Positions 47,163 to 61,132 of a stretch of DNA of 64,000 bases are shown here, in pieces; position 1 is the first letter of the stretch; each line of letters starts with the position of its first letter. The DNA comes from Neophaeotheca triangularis. Lineage: Eukaryota. Position numbers and translations under genes: made by a program. The notes beneath the pieces are model-generated. The model worked only from the letters and a program-made list of their open reading frames with translations, made no database searches and had not been told where the DNA came from. Where the stretch lies: NCBI GenBank assembly GCA_054600435.1, contig BAAIJX010000011.1:434001-498000 (forward strand), in the 5' to 3' direction.

Positions 47163-48967
47163 GCTGGGCAGAACTGACAGTATTCTTGACGCGATGAGTG
47201 TGAGGAGAAGGAAGGGGAAGGAAACGGGGACCTGGTCGCATTTTGTTTACTAGCCTAATTACTGAAGGCCGTCCTCTTGGTATATGATGGATGCCAATGC
47301 CCTATCAGGTCGGGGAAGTGGAGCGTTGCTCGAAGAGGCCAAGGGCATGCAGGTACAAGAAGTTGGTCCGCTCCCGGTGGTTGTTGGGCAGATGGTACAC
47401 CTCACTGTAGGAGGCAAGCGGCATTACTTTTTCATCCAAAATTCAGCGGGATAATAGATAATAGCAGTGTCCTCCATAGGTGCTGGAGAGTGACAGCTCC
47501 ATATCCAGGCGACCCGACGGTCGTCATTCTAGGTAAAGTAATAGGCCGTGAGGCTCCAACGTCCCCATTTGGCCTCGAGTCCAAGCCGGGCGAGGGTCGC
47601 CGCAAGTAGGAGACGCAGATTGCTGTACAGTTATGCAGGCCGGTGGAGAGGATTCAATTTCGCTAGGAGAAACGTACAGACGATGAGGAGGTGAAGTGAG
47701 GAGATCAGCAGTACCCCGGCGATGGCTTCGCCTGAGTGGGGAGAGCGGCCGGGGAAGTGTCTCCACATACTTGGCCACCTGGGCACCCGCAGTTTCCAAC
47801 TTTTCATCCCTTGATCACCTTCACTCACTTTCAAAGTTCCATTGCGTTTCGACCTTTCCTGTCCAAAAGGTCTAGTATCTACAGCTTGCGATTTGTTTGT
47901 GAACCGTCTTCCACCGTTGATGTTTCCTCGACCATGCAAACGATCTCTCCAGCTGCCGTAATCATCCTGGCAATGTCGACAGTGCGGAAGGTCACAGGCA
48001 TTGGAGACTATTCCAAGCCTTAGGCAAGATACCTTTCTCGAAGGACAATATCTGCCCGTGTATTAGTGCGGCAGCAAAACTACTAAGTCAGGACCGACAA
48101 TATATCCTGGACACAGTACGTGGCCGACATTTCGCACCACAATGTCAAGACGTAGGGGATACCCATGTCCTCGATGCCTCTAGCATCTCTGTTCGATGGC
48201 CAATTCAGTTCCCGTGGGCACGACACGCTCTTCAATCGCAAGAGCAGTGAGAGACTACCCAGCTTCTCGGCACTCCGAGTATCCAAAATAGAACTGAAAT
48301 CCCCTCGACTGCTTCATGACGGTCGTTAAAGCATTCGCGAAGGCAGGTGACCAAGTCGGCGGCGTGGTCCGCGATCATGCTGCGGGGCGTCGAAAACTGT
48401 GCCAGTTCTAGCATCATCCAATCTGCGGTGCCGGGACCGGGGCCAGCTCAACTACCGGCCGAACCTCTTGTGGTACAGGTCGTGGGTAGGATCAACGGTG
48501 TAGTATCGATGGAGCTGTTGGCCCACGTCCTCTAGGTTCAACCTGCCAGAGTTCACAAGAGCAAACCCGAGGAATGTAAAAAACGACGAGACAGGTAGCC
48601 AGTAAGTAGCCTCATCCGTGGTCATGCATTACGCGATGCGGCTATGGTTAGGTACAACTGAATGGCGCTTGATGCCGCAGACTGTGATGGTCGCGGAGCA
48701 AACCCCTGCTCCTAGTGACAGTGGACGCGAGAAGTAGGCTACTACGATAAGTCCGCAGAGTCTCGTGGCTTGTTGTTTGCCTTCCACGGGAACGGTTTTG
48801 GCTTTCTCTTGGGCAGTTAGTTAATGGATGAGTCCAGTCACGCACCTTTCGCCTTTGCGGTTGTACTTATTTTTTGTCGAGCGTTTCCGATGGTCTACTC
48901 TCTTCGATACTCACTTATTATCAAGCTACTCCTATATACGAGCAACCCTCATCAACCCAAAGTCTCC

Positions 48968-49825
48968 ATGTCCCGTGAGCAAATGAATACCGACGACTTC
49001 GACGACGGCGTGTCGGAAAGCAACGAATCTGAAGTGAGCACGCGATCGACGAGTTCCACCTACACGGATGAAACCATTACCACAGAGGGCGAACGGGTCG
49101 GGGGACCAGTCAGTGAGCACACCCGCGATGAGGAGCTAGAGGACTACTCGGTAGAGTCCGCCATGCGACATTCGATGCACACACTGCAATTGCAAGATGC
49201 CGACAATCTGAACAGAGCACTTCAAGAAAGTACGCTGGCTGAAGAAGCCGACCTAGCGGAGGCAATGCGACTTTCCAGACAGGAACTTGACCCTAGACAG
49301 CTGGAAAGCGAGCTGCTTGAGCGGGCTCTACGATCTTCCTGTGCAGTAGCGCCGAAATACCAACGCAGTGACAGTGGTCAACACCAGCAGAATCCAATGC
49401 AAGCGGCCTCAAATTCTCGGTTTCCGTCTTCATACGAGGAGTATCGAAGCCGTAGACCTGGCTCTCTGGATCCTCGCGTACCGAGGCCATCTTTACAACG
49501 TTCGGTCCAGCAGTCTGACGAAGCCATATCGGCGGAGTATCGCCGCTCTGGCCTGAGACGCACATCGCCGACTCCAAGCATTGTCACTATTGGACGAGCT
49601 ACCACTCAGCAAGAAGCTCAGGAGGCAGCGCGGCAGGACCTATACCAGAGGCGCCGTAGAGCCTCCTCTTCTGTTCAGACGGACAACATTTACGCTCACG
49701 AGCAAGGTGCTTCAGGTACACACGATGGCTTAGCATATGGCCGCAAGATTAGCGAAAGCGAATCCGGGGACGGTAGTGATAGCAGCAGCGAAGCCTCTAC
49801 GGTCGTTGGAAATAACGTGCCTTAG
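48968..49825 (+). CDS. Hypothetical disordered protein with tandem UIM-like motifs
   Basis: 285-aa ORF from ATG 48968, acidic and Ser-rich. Motifs EEADLAEAMRLSRQE, ADNLNRALQESTL, SELLERALRSS, DYSVESAMRHSMH. Confidence 0.65.
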   Translation: MSREQMNTDDFDDGVSESNESEVSTRSTSSTYTDETITTEGERVGGPVSEHTRDEELEDYSVESAMRHSMHTLQLQDADNLNRALQESTLAEEADLAEAMRLSRQELDPRQLESELLERALRSSCAVAPKYQRSDSGQHQQNPMQAASNSRFPSSYEEYRSRRPGSLDPRVPRPSLQRSVQQSDEAISAEYRRSGLRRTSPTPSIVTIGRATTQQEAQEAARQDLYQRRRRASSSVQTDNIYAHEQGASGTHDGLAYGRKISESESGDGSDSSSEASTVVGNNVP

Positions 49826-50312
49826 CGAAGATGATGGGTTGATATCACTTTGCGTTTGAATGCCGGACCTTGTCAGTGTGGAAAGGAGTGTAATTCACGC
49901 GCGTTCTACAACCTGAGGTGCACTTCAAGCTCGGTCTGTGTGCAGTGGCCATATCCTAGTACCGATCTATATAGGGCGTCGAATAGTGTTTTACTCGAAC
50001 GATCCCTCGAAACTGTATGTTTTACCGTATACGTCTTGTAAGTGCCATCGAAATACTGCAACTCAAACCCTTGACCTACCTACACTGGGATCTAGCCAGG
50101 CACGGAATACGGGCAGCCCTGCAGGTGCGTCTCCGCAGCGACTACCTAATCAATCACAACGTCATCTGCCCAGAGAGCACCCGCAGGCATGGGCCACCTG
50201 CACCTGGGGGGCGGGAGCTCCATGTTCCAGCTCCCAGCTCTGTCGCCTGCTCTCTTATTACTACCTACCTATCACCCACCACCCATCAAACAAACACCCA
50301 GTCAACGCAAAT

Positions 50313-51642
<1,330 letters not shown>

Positions 51643-52475
51643 ATCATTGAGAAGGTGACATAATCGAAGAGCGAGTCCGGCGTGTGAACGAGGGTTGAGT
51701 ACATCAGCAGAGTGTCTTTTGGTGGGCTGTAATTATCTCTGATTGGAGGAGCCAGTCTACAGTCTGCGTACTGTTAGTTCCTCATGAACAGTCGAATCGT
51801 CCCAGCAGTTGATGACGCACGCCTCTTTCTAGCTACTACCTTAGTGTTTGATACGTATGATGCTGGGTAGAGACCATTCCAGGTTGTTTTATGTCGTAAT
51901 GACGAAAGTTGTTCCTGTCAGCCTTAATGGAGTTACTACTGTAGCTGTCTACCAAGTTCGGTTTATCGGGGACTGCCGGGTTCGCTGTGGAGGTCTACCC
52001 CAGACAGATTGAGAGTTGAGACAGCCAACGCGCAGTGGACGCATGTGACACTGAAGTCGAGTCGTGACTGATTGGAACCAAGTCGCTACCTATCGTGCCT
52101 ACTGACCTACCTCCTTACCTGCCTAGGACGAAGAATAAAGAAGCATCCGTAGCCTCAAATAATGAAACAATCATCACATCATCATTATCATCATCATCGT
52201 TTGCCTGATGCATCGCTGCAGCCAACATGTAGCCAGAATACACTGAGACTCTCTACCGATCCATCGCTTTCAACCCAGCTTATCCTGACATCGTAACCTG
52301 ACATCAAAACGCAGCATCGCGTCTGAGCGGGACTGTTGAGACGGAACCCGCGGCTGGCAGCCTCACGACACACAATCAGCTGATCCGGCTGCCTGATCGA
52401 GAAGCGTCTTTCACCTTCCCGAGCCCTAGCTGCTGCCAGGAAGATACACTTGCGCCGACTTCTCCAACCGCAACT

Positions 52476-55400
52476 ATGTCGACACCCACTCGTAACCTCC
52501 AAGCCCACGCTGGCAGCTCTTCGTCTACGACCAAGCAGTCGTGGAGACCAGCGAAATCGAACAGCCGTCGATCGCAAGCCCGCTCGCCTCGCCGCAGTAT
52601 GGAAATACCAGAACGTTTCAATATCCTGGAAGATGAGGACGAGGCCGAAGAGCTGGAGCACAACGGCCCAAATGGACCGAGGGGTATGCAGCAGAGCTTA
52701 ATTGGTCTCATGGCTACAGCCGCAAAGAGTCGCAGGCCAAGGGGAAGCAAGCCTATTCAACAAGATAGCGGGAGCGATTCAGAAGATGGCCAGAGGGACG
52801 AGGCACGCACGTCCCCGAGAGTAGGCCATCTGGATAGCGGCGAGGATGGTGCAGTCGGTAGAAGATTCAGTTCAGATCAAGATGTGGCGAGGAAATCACA
52901 GACATCACCGTCACAAGGTAGCCAGCACCGCAGGAAAGACTCAACATTCAAGACTCTGTTCAAACCGGTGCGGGAGCGTGTCCAGCCCAGTAAACAGGAC
53001 AACATGACCCAGTCCCAGATACTCCCAGATAGACCGAGTTCAACAGAGATACCAGAGAGGCCTGCCAGCACCGGACCTTTTGACCACAGACTACATCTGG
53101 ACCGTCGAATTCAAGCCGAGCGTCAAGCTATAGAGTCATCAGGCACTCCTTCTCAGCAGAAGCAAAGTGTGGGAGATCGTGAAGCGGGCGAGGAAGTAAA
53201 GTCTGCAGAACCACCCACCCTGGACCAAACACTTCGCGACATCTTTCAGTTCGACGAAGTAGAGAAAGTGTTGTCTGAATACCCTTGCTGGTACCTGCAA
53301 AGCGTGTTACTACAGGGCTACATGTATATCACGGAAAAGCATGTTTGCTTCTATGCCTACTTGCAACGGAAAAGCAGCACGGTCATCAAGTCCGGCCATC
53401 TCGAAAAGCGCGGCCAAAAGAATCCTAGGTACAACCGCTACTGGTTCCAGTTGAAGGAAGATGCACTGTCGTACTACGCCAATCAGGCGGAGCCATACTA
53501 CCCTCGTAACATCATCGACCTGCGCTACGGTATCTCAGCCGCGATAGCGCCCGCCAAGGGACAGTCAATCAAAGATGCAACACGCTTCAGCGTGACTACC
53601 GACGAGCGCACTCACTACTTCCAAGCTGACAGCGTTGTCAGCGCAAAAGAATGGGTCAAACAACTGCAAAAGGTCATCTTTCGTTCCCACAACGACGGAG
53701 ACAGCGTCAAAATCTCAGTTCCACTTGCAAACGTGATCGATGTCGAGCAAACCCCTGTCATCGATTTCGCAGAGACCATAAAACTTCGAGTCATTAACGA
53801 GGACGAAACATTCGCTGTTGATGAATACTTCTTCACTTTCTTCAATGCTGGAGATGACGCCCTGAAACTCCTGACAGTTCTCACGGCAGACAACAACAAC
53901 CTCGAGGCCACCGAACTCGCTGCCAGCCCAAAGGCCAAGCTTGCCAAAGCGCCGACTAGATCTATTCTCGGAGAAAGCCAGAAAGATCGTCTGTTAACCT
54001 CACCTGAAGGTCGTCACCGTGAATTAGTCCGTGCAACTCCGTCGCCATCATCTGCTACCCGTGGAAGAGTAAGCGGCGAGTCATCGCGCTCCAGCCTTGA
54101 GGGCTCTAGGTCTAGCTTTGACCGTCAACGCTCCAGCATGGAGAGAGACCGTCGTGGGGTGCCTGGTCATGACAAGATTGACCATACACGGACCGGGAAA
54201 CGGTCTCAATCTCCCCTGCCAGACACTTTGAATGAATCTACAGAATCCTTCTCATCCACACCAGAGCAGGCCACCGGGAATGGCGTGGACATATCAGCAA
54301 GCCAAATGCTCACCGGTGACGAGGCTTTCAGATCGCCCACTTTGCGAGGAACTCACCTCCAGCGTCTCGCGTCTCAGCAGGGGCGACAAGCTTCACCCGG
54401 CTTGGATGCTACACGGTCCAAAGGTCAGTCGCCTTCAAAATTTCCGACCGACAGCTCGAATCAGGGCAACCCAGAAGACGGCACAGACTCGCAGACATCT
54501 GGCCATCATGGCAATCCAACTCTGGGAGGATACGCCTACTCGAAAGCCGCTCAGTTGCCATTCGTTGGAAAACACGTGACGTCTTGGCTGAGTAGCAGTC
54601 CGTACGAAACTTCTCGGACATACATGGGAAAGATAGGTGGTGCTATCGTCGGCGGACAAAAACACTACGCTGAGGCGGATGGGTTGTCTGCCGAGGACAG
54701 GATAGATGATCCCGAAGAGCATCTCGAGGCTGCGGAGGCGGAAGAGAGGTTCCATGCCCATTTCGCTCTGCCCAAGTCGGAACGGCTCAAGGCGACGTTC
54801 TTTTGCTACTTACACCGCGTTCTTCCCCTGTGGGGCAAGATCTACGTTGGAAGCAGTAGGTTCTGTTTTCGGAGCATCATGGCTGGTACTCGCACGAAGC
54901 TCGTCGTGCCTTTTCGGGAGATCGATAATGTCGTGAAAGAGAAGGGTTTTAGGTTTGGTTTCTCTGGTATGGTGGTTGTGATACGAGGGCATGAAGAGAT
55001 CTTCTTCGAATTCACCTCTGCTGCGCTACGCGATGACTGCACCGTTACTGTCTACAAGGCCTCAGACACGGCGAGAGCAGCTGAGTCCATAATGCTGACC
55101 GATGACGAAAAGGTAAACGCTGATTTTGCCGCCGCGGAAAATGTGCAGCTTCAGCAAGCGAGGAAGGCTGCAATTCCCGAAAGAGATGCCGAAATACCCA
55201 GAAGTATGAGCCGAAGTATTATGCAGGAAAAGCCCATGGTGTTTGACGATCCCAACGCCTCAGTACTCAATTTCAAGCCCGCACAACCACTTCGCGTGGT
55301 CTGCCTTACCATCGGCTCTCGTGGCGACGTGCAACCGTACATTGCGCTCTGCAAAGGTTTGCTTGCCGATGGCCATCGACCAAAGATCGCCACACATGCG

Positions 55401-56762
55401 GAGTTTGAACCTTGGGTGCGAAAGCATGGAATCGACTTTGCTTCCGTCGAGGGCGATCCGGCTGAGCTGATGCGCATCTGTGTGGAGAATGGCATGTTCA
55501 CTCCCAAGTTCATGTTCCAGGTCAACTCCAATTTCAGAGGTTGGCTGGATACTTTGCTAAACAGTGCTTGGACTGCCTGTCAAGATGCCGACATGCTGAT
55601 CGAGAGCCCCAGCGCCATGGCTGGGATTCATATCGCCGAAGCGCTTGGCGTGCCATATTTCCGTGCTTTCACCATGCCATGGACGCGAACACGAGCCTAT
55701 CCGCATGCGTTTGGCATACCTGCAAGGAAGATGGGCGGCGCGTACAACTACATGAGTTACGTTCTGTTCGACAGCCTATTCTGGCAGCTGAGCGCTTCGC
55801 AAATCAATCGGTGGCGCAGGAAAGCCATGTCCCTTCCGCCAACAAGCCTGGAGAAGCTGCAGCCTAACAAGGTCCCATTCCTCTACAACTTCTCGCCTAG
55901 TGTGGTGGTTCCGCCCTTGGACTTTAGCGACTGGGTTAGAGTCACGGGCTACTGGTTCTTGGACGAAGCCACGGACTGGGAGCCGCCCGCTGATCTTCTT
56001 GCTTTCATTGAAAAGGCACGCAGCGACGAGCAGAGACTGGTGTACATTGGGTTCGGCTCGGTCGTTGTCTCCGACTCAAAAGCCATGACGCAGCAAATTG
56101 TAAACGCAGTGCTCAAAGCCGGCGACGTCCGCTGCATCCTCTCAAAAGGCTGGTCAGACCGATTCGACAAGAAAACCGAAGGCAAAACCGAAGTGCCGCT
56201 TCCCCCTTGTATCTTCCAAATCGCCTCCGCCCCGCACGACTGGCTCTTCCAGCAAATTGACGCGGCAGTCCACCACGGCGGCGCCGGCACGACGGGCGCA
56301 AGCCTTCGCTGGGGCGTCCCAACCATCATCAAGCCCTTCTTCGGCGACCAGTACTTCTTTGCCAACCGCGTCGAGGACATTGGCGTGGGCTTGCACATCA
56401 AACGCATCACGGAGAATATCCTCGGGCGCGCTCTGTGGATCGCGACGCACGACGACCGCATGCGCAAAAAGGCTCGGGCGCTGGGCGAGCAGATTCGGCG
56501 GGAGAATGGCGTGGAGACGGCCATCAATGCCATTTACCGCGACATGGAGTACGCGAGGACTTTGGTCAAGAGGCAGCGCATTGGTGCCGGTGGCGAGGGG
56601 GAAGGCGAGGAGACTGAGGAGAGCTGGACTTTTGTCGAGAACGAGAGTGAGTTTGAGAGCATGCGGCGCGGCGACCCGATTGCGCAGCAGTTGCAGAGGA
56701 GCTCGCAGGCGGGACACACGAGTTTGGGATCCATGGTGCTCAAGGGGCGTTTTCGTGGGTAG
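52476..56762 (+). CDS. ATG26: Sterol 3-beta-glucosyltransferase (GRAM-PH-GRAM-UDP-glycosyltransferase)
   Basis: 1428-aa ORF. GRAM (EYPCWYLQSVLLQGYMY), PH (KSGHLEKRG...YWFQLK...EWVKQLQK), second GRAM, GT motifs TIGSRGDVQPY, PHDWLF, HHGGAGTTGASL, PFFGDQ. Confidence 0.96.
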   Translation: MSTPTRNLQAHAGSSSSTTKQSWRPAKSNSRRSQARSPRRSMEIPERFNILEDEDEAEELEHNGPNGPRGMQQSLIGLMATAAKSRRPRGSKPIQQDSGSDSEDGQRDEARTSPRVGHLDSGEDGAVGRRFSSDQDVARKSQTSPSQGSQHRRKDSTFKTLFKPVRERVQPSKQDNMTQSQILPDRPSSTEIPERPASTGPFDHRLHLDRRIQAERQAIESSGTPSQQKQSVGDREAGEEVKSAEPPTLDQTLRDIFQFDEVEKVLSEYPCWYLQSVLLQGYMYITEKHVCFYAYLQRKSSTVIKSGHLEKRGQKNPRYNRYWFQLKEDALSYYANQAEPYYPRNIIDLRYGISAAIAPAKGQSIKDATRFSVTTDERTHYFQADSVVSAKEWVKQLQKVIFRSHNDGDSVKISVPLANVIDVEQTPVIDFAETIKLRVINEDETFAVDEYFFTFFNAGDDALKLLTVLTADNNNLEATELAASPKAKLAKAPTRSILGESQKDRLLTSPEGRHRELVRATPSPSSATRGRVSGESSRSSLEGSRSSFDRQRSSMERDRRGVPGHDKIDHTRTGKRSQSPLPDTLNESTESFSSTPEQATGNGVDISASQMLTGDEAFRSPTLRGTHLQRLASQQGRQASPGLDATRSKGQSPSKFPTDSSNQGNPEDGTDSQTSGHHGNPTLGGYAYSKAAQLPFVGKHVTSWLSSSPYETSRTYMGKIGGAIVGGQKHYAEADGLSAEDRIDDPEEHLEAAEAEERFHAHFALPKSERLKATFFCYLHRVLPLWGKIYVGSSRFCFRSIMAGTRTKLVVPFREIDNVVKEKGFRFGFSGMVVVIRGHEEIFFEFTSAALRDDCTVTVYKASDTARAAESIMLTDDEKVNADFAAAENVQLQQARKAAIPERDAEIPRSMSRSIMQEKPMVFDDPNASVLNFKPAQPLRVVCLTIGSRGDVQPYIALCKGLLADGHRPKIATHAEFEPWVRKHGIDFASVEGDPAELMRICVENGMFTPKFMFQVNSNFRGWLDTLLNSAWTACQDADMLIESPSAMAGIHIAEALGVPYFRAFTMPWTRTRAYPHAFGIPARKMGGAYNYMSYVLFDSLFWQLSASQINRWRRKAMSLPPTSLEKLQPNKVPFLYNFSPSVVVPPLDFSDWVRVTGYWFLDEATDWEPPADLLAFIEKARSDEQRLVYIGFGSVVVSDSKAMTQQIVNAVLKAGDVRCILSKGWSDRFDKKTEGKTEVPLPPCIFQIASAPHDWLFQQIDAAVHHGGAGTTGASLRWGVPTIIKPFFGDQYFFANRVEDIGVGLHIKRITENILGRALWIATHDDRMRKKARALGEQIRRENGVETAINAIYRDMEYARTLVKRQRIGAGGEGEGEETEESWTFVENESEFESMRRGDPIAQQLQRSSQAGHTSLGSMVLKGRFRG

Positions 56763-57266
56763 ATTTTGGTGCTTTTTTTGGTTAGCGAGGCGTTAAAATG
56801 GAGGTAGGGAGTTGGGCATCGTGCCCACGGTATTCTTATTAGATCGGATCACGAGAAGCGGCTTGGGTTGTTACGTTGGCGTGGGACTACAGATGCGATA
56901 CCTGTGTTTTCACTCTTGGGACATAGAAATAGATTCGATGAAACGGACGTTGCCACGGTGACATCTTACGTTACAGTCACGATCAGTATAAAGACACAAC
57001 TACGAATGAGCCCATTTGAGCATCAGGGGATGATTGATAATCGTCATACATAATTCATTTCCCTTTGGTGGTGTTAGACTACAATTCACAACCGTTGTGG
57101 CCGCGCTTGGTAGGCATATAGTACACAAAGTCGTCTTGATTTGACGCCGAATACGCCTCACCGTGTCCTCTGAAATTGCCTCCCGTTTCGCGTGAAAGTG
57201 GTATCGCTCCCTTACTGCCCATGTTTCCTCAGTTTACCCAATTTTCTCCAACTTTTCCTTGCGCGC

Positions 57267-57926
57267 CTATCTGATAATTCCATCCTTGTGGTTTGGCGGC
57301 GGGCCGGGAGGCGCAGAGTAGTCGCTGTTCCCTCGGTTGTAGCCTTGGTACGTGTTGTTCGGCTGCTGCAACTCCATGTCATTGTTGCCGTAGTAGCTTT
57401 GCGCAGCGCCGTTATTCGGGCCAGGGTATGCTGGCGGGGGCGGGTTGTTGCTGTTGTTGTAGTATGGCTGCGCGTGCGTGGTGCCGTGGCTTTGTTGGTT
57501 TCCGTAGTATGGAGAGGCATTGTACGTCGCGGGGCCGTGGCCAGGAGGAGTGCGACCCAGCGTCCAGCCCGTGCCGCGGTATGGTTGATAGCCCCTCTTT
57601 CTGCGACGGCGAGCGGTAATGCATCTGTGGGTATGGTTAGGCTTTGCGCTTTCCTCGTGCTGTGAGGTGAAGCGAATACTCACGAGAAGAGGAAGAAGAC
57701 CAAGATTGCGCCGGCGATGACAAGACCCAAGACGAGCCACCTCACCCAGTTACTCCAGGATGAGCGATTGCTGCAATGAGTTCTGTGTCAGCGAGCCGAG
57801 TTTACAGGCGAGGCATACGCATACGCCATGCTGAGCAGTTACGAGAAGGGCTTACCGGTTGCCATAGTAGTATTGTCTCGCTTCAAGGTGCGGAGCTTCC
57901 ATGGTAACTGGGTCCATGGTCGCCAT
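57267..57926 (-). CDS. RCR-family single-pass membrane protein (chitin synthesis regulation/Congo red resistance-like); exons 57926-57856, 57770-57684 and 57624-57267
   Basis: Spliced product: ...SSWSNWVRWLVLGLVIAGAILVFFLFSCITARRRRKRGYQPYRGTGW...PPPPAY...YSAPPGPPP. Two canonical introns (GTAAGC...GCTGAC...GCAG; GTGAGT...CTAAC...ACAG). Confidence 0.8.
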
Positions 57927-58814
57927 GTGTGAGCCGAACATTGCGGCGAGTGTTTGGGGTGGTAGGTGAAGTTCGGGACAGGTGGAGGGGTTGGTGTAGA
58001 AATAAAGAAGGTGAGACAATCAAAGGACGATGTCGTGGGAGGTAGTGGTAGTCAAATACAATGGACGAAAGCAGTTCCCGGGTGATGGTAGGTGAATAAT
58101 GAGAGGTGGAAGTCGCGAAAGATGATGACGATGCACCATTTGCCATTCCGTCTGGGCAAGTACCCGCTTGAAGCAACCAAGGTAGGTAAGGTACCTCTAC
58201 CTAGCACGCGGCCATTTGCTCAGCCCTGTCTTGCCCGCGCTTTGTCCTTGAACAAACCTTTCTTTCCCGTTCCTTCATTGATTGTGGCGCAGCCATGGAT
58301 TACTGGTACAGATCTACTCTTACCAGCGGATGGGTAGTAATCCTATGATAGGCTATGTACTATGTAATGAATATAAGTTTGATCTAGGCTTTACCTGGGT
58401 AGGTCACGTAAGGCACGATAGGTAACATTACCTAAGTAGGTAGTAGTCAGCCTCACTTCCCCCACTGCGCCACCTCGGGCTTTGTGGCTGTGCGAATCGA
58501 GTCAGCCAAGCCTGCCCGTTCCAAGGGACCAAGAGTCCAAGATACTTTAGTACTATTGATCGACTCTCGAGATGCCCTACTTTCCCCGCCATTCAGAATC
58601 GGGTAGTCTACGCAACGTCATTACTCGACTGACCTGACGTTCCACGTATCGTACGTATCTCATCATTAAGAGGCAGGGCAGGTCTTCTACATACATCGCT
58701 GCTAATAAAAAGGCTTGGTAGGGTTCATCGTCGCTAATCTATGCAGGTCAATATCTGGCCAGAACGATGCTGATCCCGTAGCTGTGGTAAGAAGAACTCG
58801 TGTGGGGAGCTTGC

Positions 58815-58834
58815 GGGGGGGGGGGGAGGGGGGG
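58815..58834 (+). repeat. Poly-G tract G12-A-G7 (potential G-quadruplex)
   Basis: Read directly from the sequence; intergenic. Confidence 0.8.
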
Positions 58835-59792
58835 CAGTAGGCATGTCTCGTACTGAGGTAAAGACAGACTACTCACAGAGGTCGCAGCAGATTTCGTTCT
58901 CACAATTCACACACGGGGCACTAGAAGCCATACAATAATAATGATGCCGGTAGTATCGGCAATCTTAACTACGTAGTATACAAGAGGATCAGCATCGCGA
59001 CTCACCCTATGGTTACTGTCATGTTCGGGGCTTGCGCCAACGAACGAGTAGGCTGGCAGGCATTTTCACCGTAACAATAATAATAATAATAATGGTGCAC
59101 GAGGGGAAGGGGACAGGGATGCTGCCATTTCGATTTTCCAAGCCGATGCTGTACCGTACCGTCGCACGCCAGAGCTGCACTCCATGCCAACGCACGAATG
59201 CGCTGGCAAACGCACAGACCCTTGTCTTTCGAGCTTTACTACCCAGGTGTCTTGTCTTATTAGTACTCTCGTCGGCCCTCCTCGTCGCATTCCTCTGCGC
59301 CAGACTTCAGTAGCGTTTTGGAATGACAAAGCCATACAAGAGACGATTACAATGGTCATGAGACGACGAACCTCGACAACTTCTGGGACTAAGAACTCGC
59401 GGAATCGAGTAAAAATGACGGCAGCTGCAGCACCTCGCCTATAACACCTTGGATGATATCGAACGCTCAACACGCTGCGTATCATCATGCTACCGTCGCT
59501 CATATCTCATATCATGATTCGCATGTCGTCATCAAGCCCATGCCTACCCAAGAGAACAAAGAAAACCGTGATCCCGAACTCATGCCCGTAACACCAACAT
59601 CCCTCGGCCATCCGCTAACCATACCCATCCTCTTCTGGCCATTGCTGGCGCGTGGCTGGGTCGCCCCCTTCTTGATCTTCTAGTCCTATCCTGACATGGG
59701 TTTACGAGCTGCACGCTGTGCAGTGACAAGGCCGTCGTCTGTGATCTCCACACGTTTGGGTGGCCCGCCGATACGTATCGGGTTCTCGTGGA

Positions 59793-60708
59793 TTATTTGG
59801 TCGAACGAGCGATCAACCACTGGAGCACCGCGTCGAGATTGGTCTCTTCCTTGGCGCTGATACCGTAGCAGCTGACTTCTCGGTGTGTCACAGATTTCAG
59901 ATTGAGAGCGTCGATGAGTTCATCGACTGTCAAGTGGCCGTGAAGGTCGGATTTGTTGCCCAACACCAGGAGCGGGATCCCTTCCATTGCAGGCTTCTCC
60001 AGAAGAATGTGCAGTTCCTCCTTGGCGACAGGAAGGGCCTCCTTGTCGGCGGAGTCGACGATGAATCTGGGAGGAGCGTGAGTGAGACATTAGCGAAAGG
60101 AGATGCAAGCGATTGACATACACAATCGCGTTTACGCCTCTGCAGTAACGCTCCCACATTGACCGGAATCTGGGCTGGCCTCCGAGATCCCAGCTACCTC
60201 CTGTCAGCGGTCTGCCAAAGGGGTTCGCGCTGCCCGAGGATGGACCGGCCTTACCATTTCAGCGTAACATGGCCTTTCTGGACGCGCTTCATGTTGAAGC
60301 CCACGGTAGGTATTGAGCTGACAGGATTATCAACGACTTGTCTGATGGAGCAATATCGTCCGGTGGCTGGTGCAAAGCCGCGACCACTTACTCGATTGTG
60401 AATTCACCGCCCTTCGCGAAGATCATCAGCGCTATGCGAAAGTGCAAACGGGCAGGACGCCACTCACCGCGAGCACTCTTAGCAGAGAAGTCTTGCCTGC
60501 GTTCTGGAGTCCGATCATGGTGATGTCCATCTCGGTGGCCCTGCATGGCGCTGGACGTTAGCGGCCAAGTTATGAAGGCTGCAAGACGAGATAGTCTCGT
60601 CGGACCGTGGGCGAATAGATGTATCAACGACGAGAGAAGAGCAGGACTTGGCCCATACCAGAAGAGGCTGAGGAGCCAATCATAGATGCGTCTGAAAATG
60701 CCAGCCAT
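59793..60708 (-). CDS. ARL8: Arf-like small GTPase Arl8; exons 60708-60659, 60540-60468, 60411-60392, 60317-60255, 60193-60122 and 60066-59793
   Basis: Five canonical introns give [35 protein letters not shown]...[10 protein letters not shown]...[21 protein letters not shown]...GNKSD...[13 protein letters not shown]. Confidence 0.95.
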
Positions 60709-61096
60709 GATGGGCAGCGTCGATGGTCAGGATGCCTGTTGCCGAGGGGTACCTTTGTTTGGCAACGGCGACGGCGTGTAGACCAGTAGTAAAGGAGGCG
60801 AAGAGGTAGTCAGGACTCAGGCAACAAGGAGAGGCTCGGGGCGCAGAGGCGACGGTAGAAGTCAAGGGTACCTGGGCTTCTGAGTGGATTGCAGCCTTTC
60901 CTCGCTAGGTGCGGTGCGGGGGGTGCCAGCCTAGCCCGTTGTTAGACAGCACGTGTTGTAGTGGAGCGCAGATGCGTCGTAGTAGTAGTAAGGTAAGGTA
61001 GGCTGTAAATGATACACAAAAAATCAGTAACAAAGTATTATGCAGCGGCCGGCTTTGTTTCTGCAAGCTTTGTCGCCGATGGATAAATGTACGGAT

Positions 61097-61132
61097 GGTG
61101 GTGGTGGTGGTGGTAGTGGTGGTGGTGGTGGT
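61097..61132. repeat. (GGT)n microsatellite with one interruption, in the ARL8/RPA2 divergent promoter
   Basis: Read directly from the sequence. Confidence 0.85.

Noticed and set aside
47900..48540. Coding-like minus-strand fragments (LNLEDVGQQLHRYYTVDP...*, MMLELAQF...) suggesting a decayed gene
   Set aside because: No recognisable family and no consistent frame. Needs tBLASTx to support.
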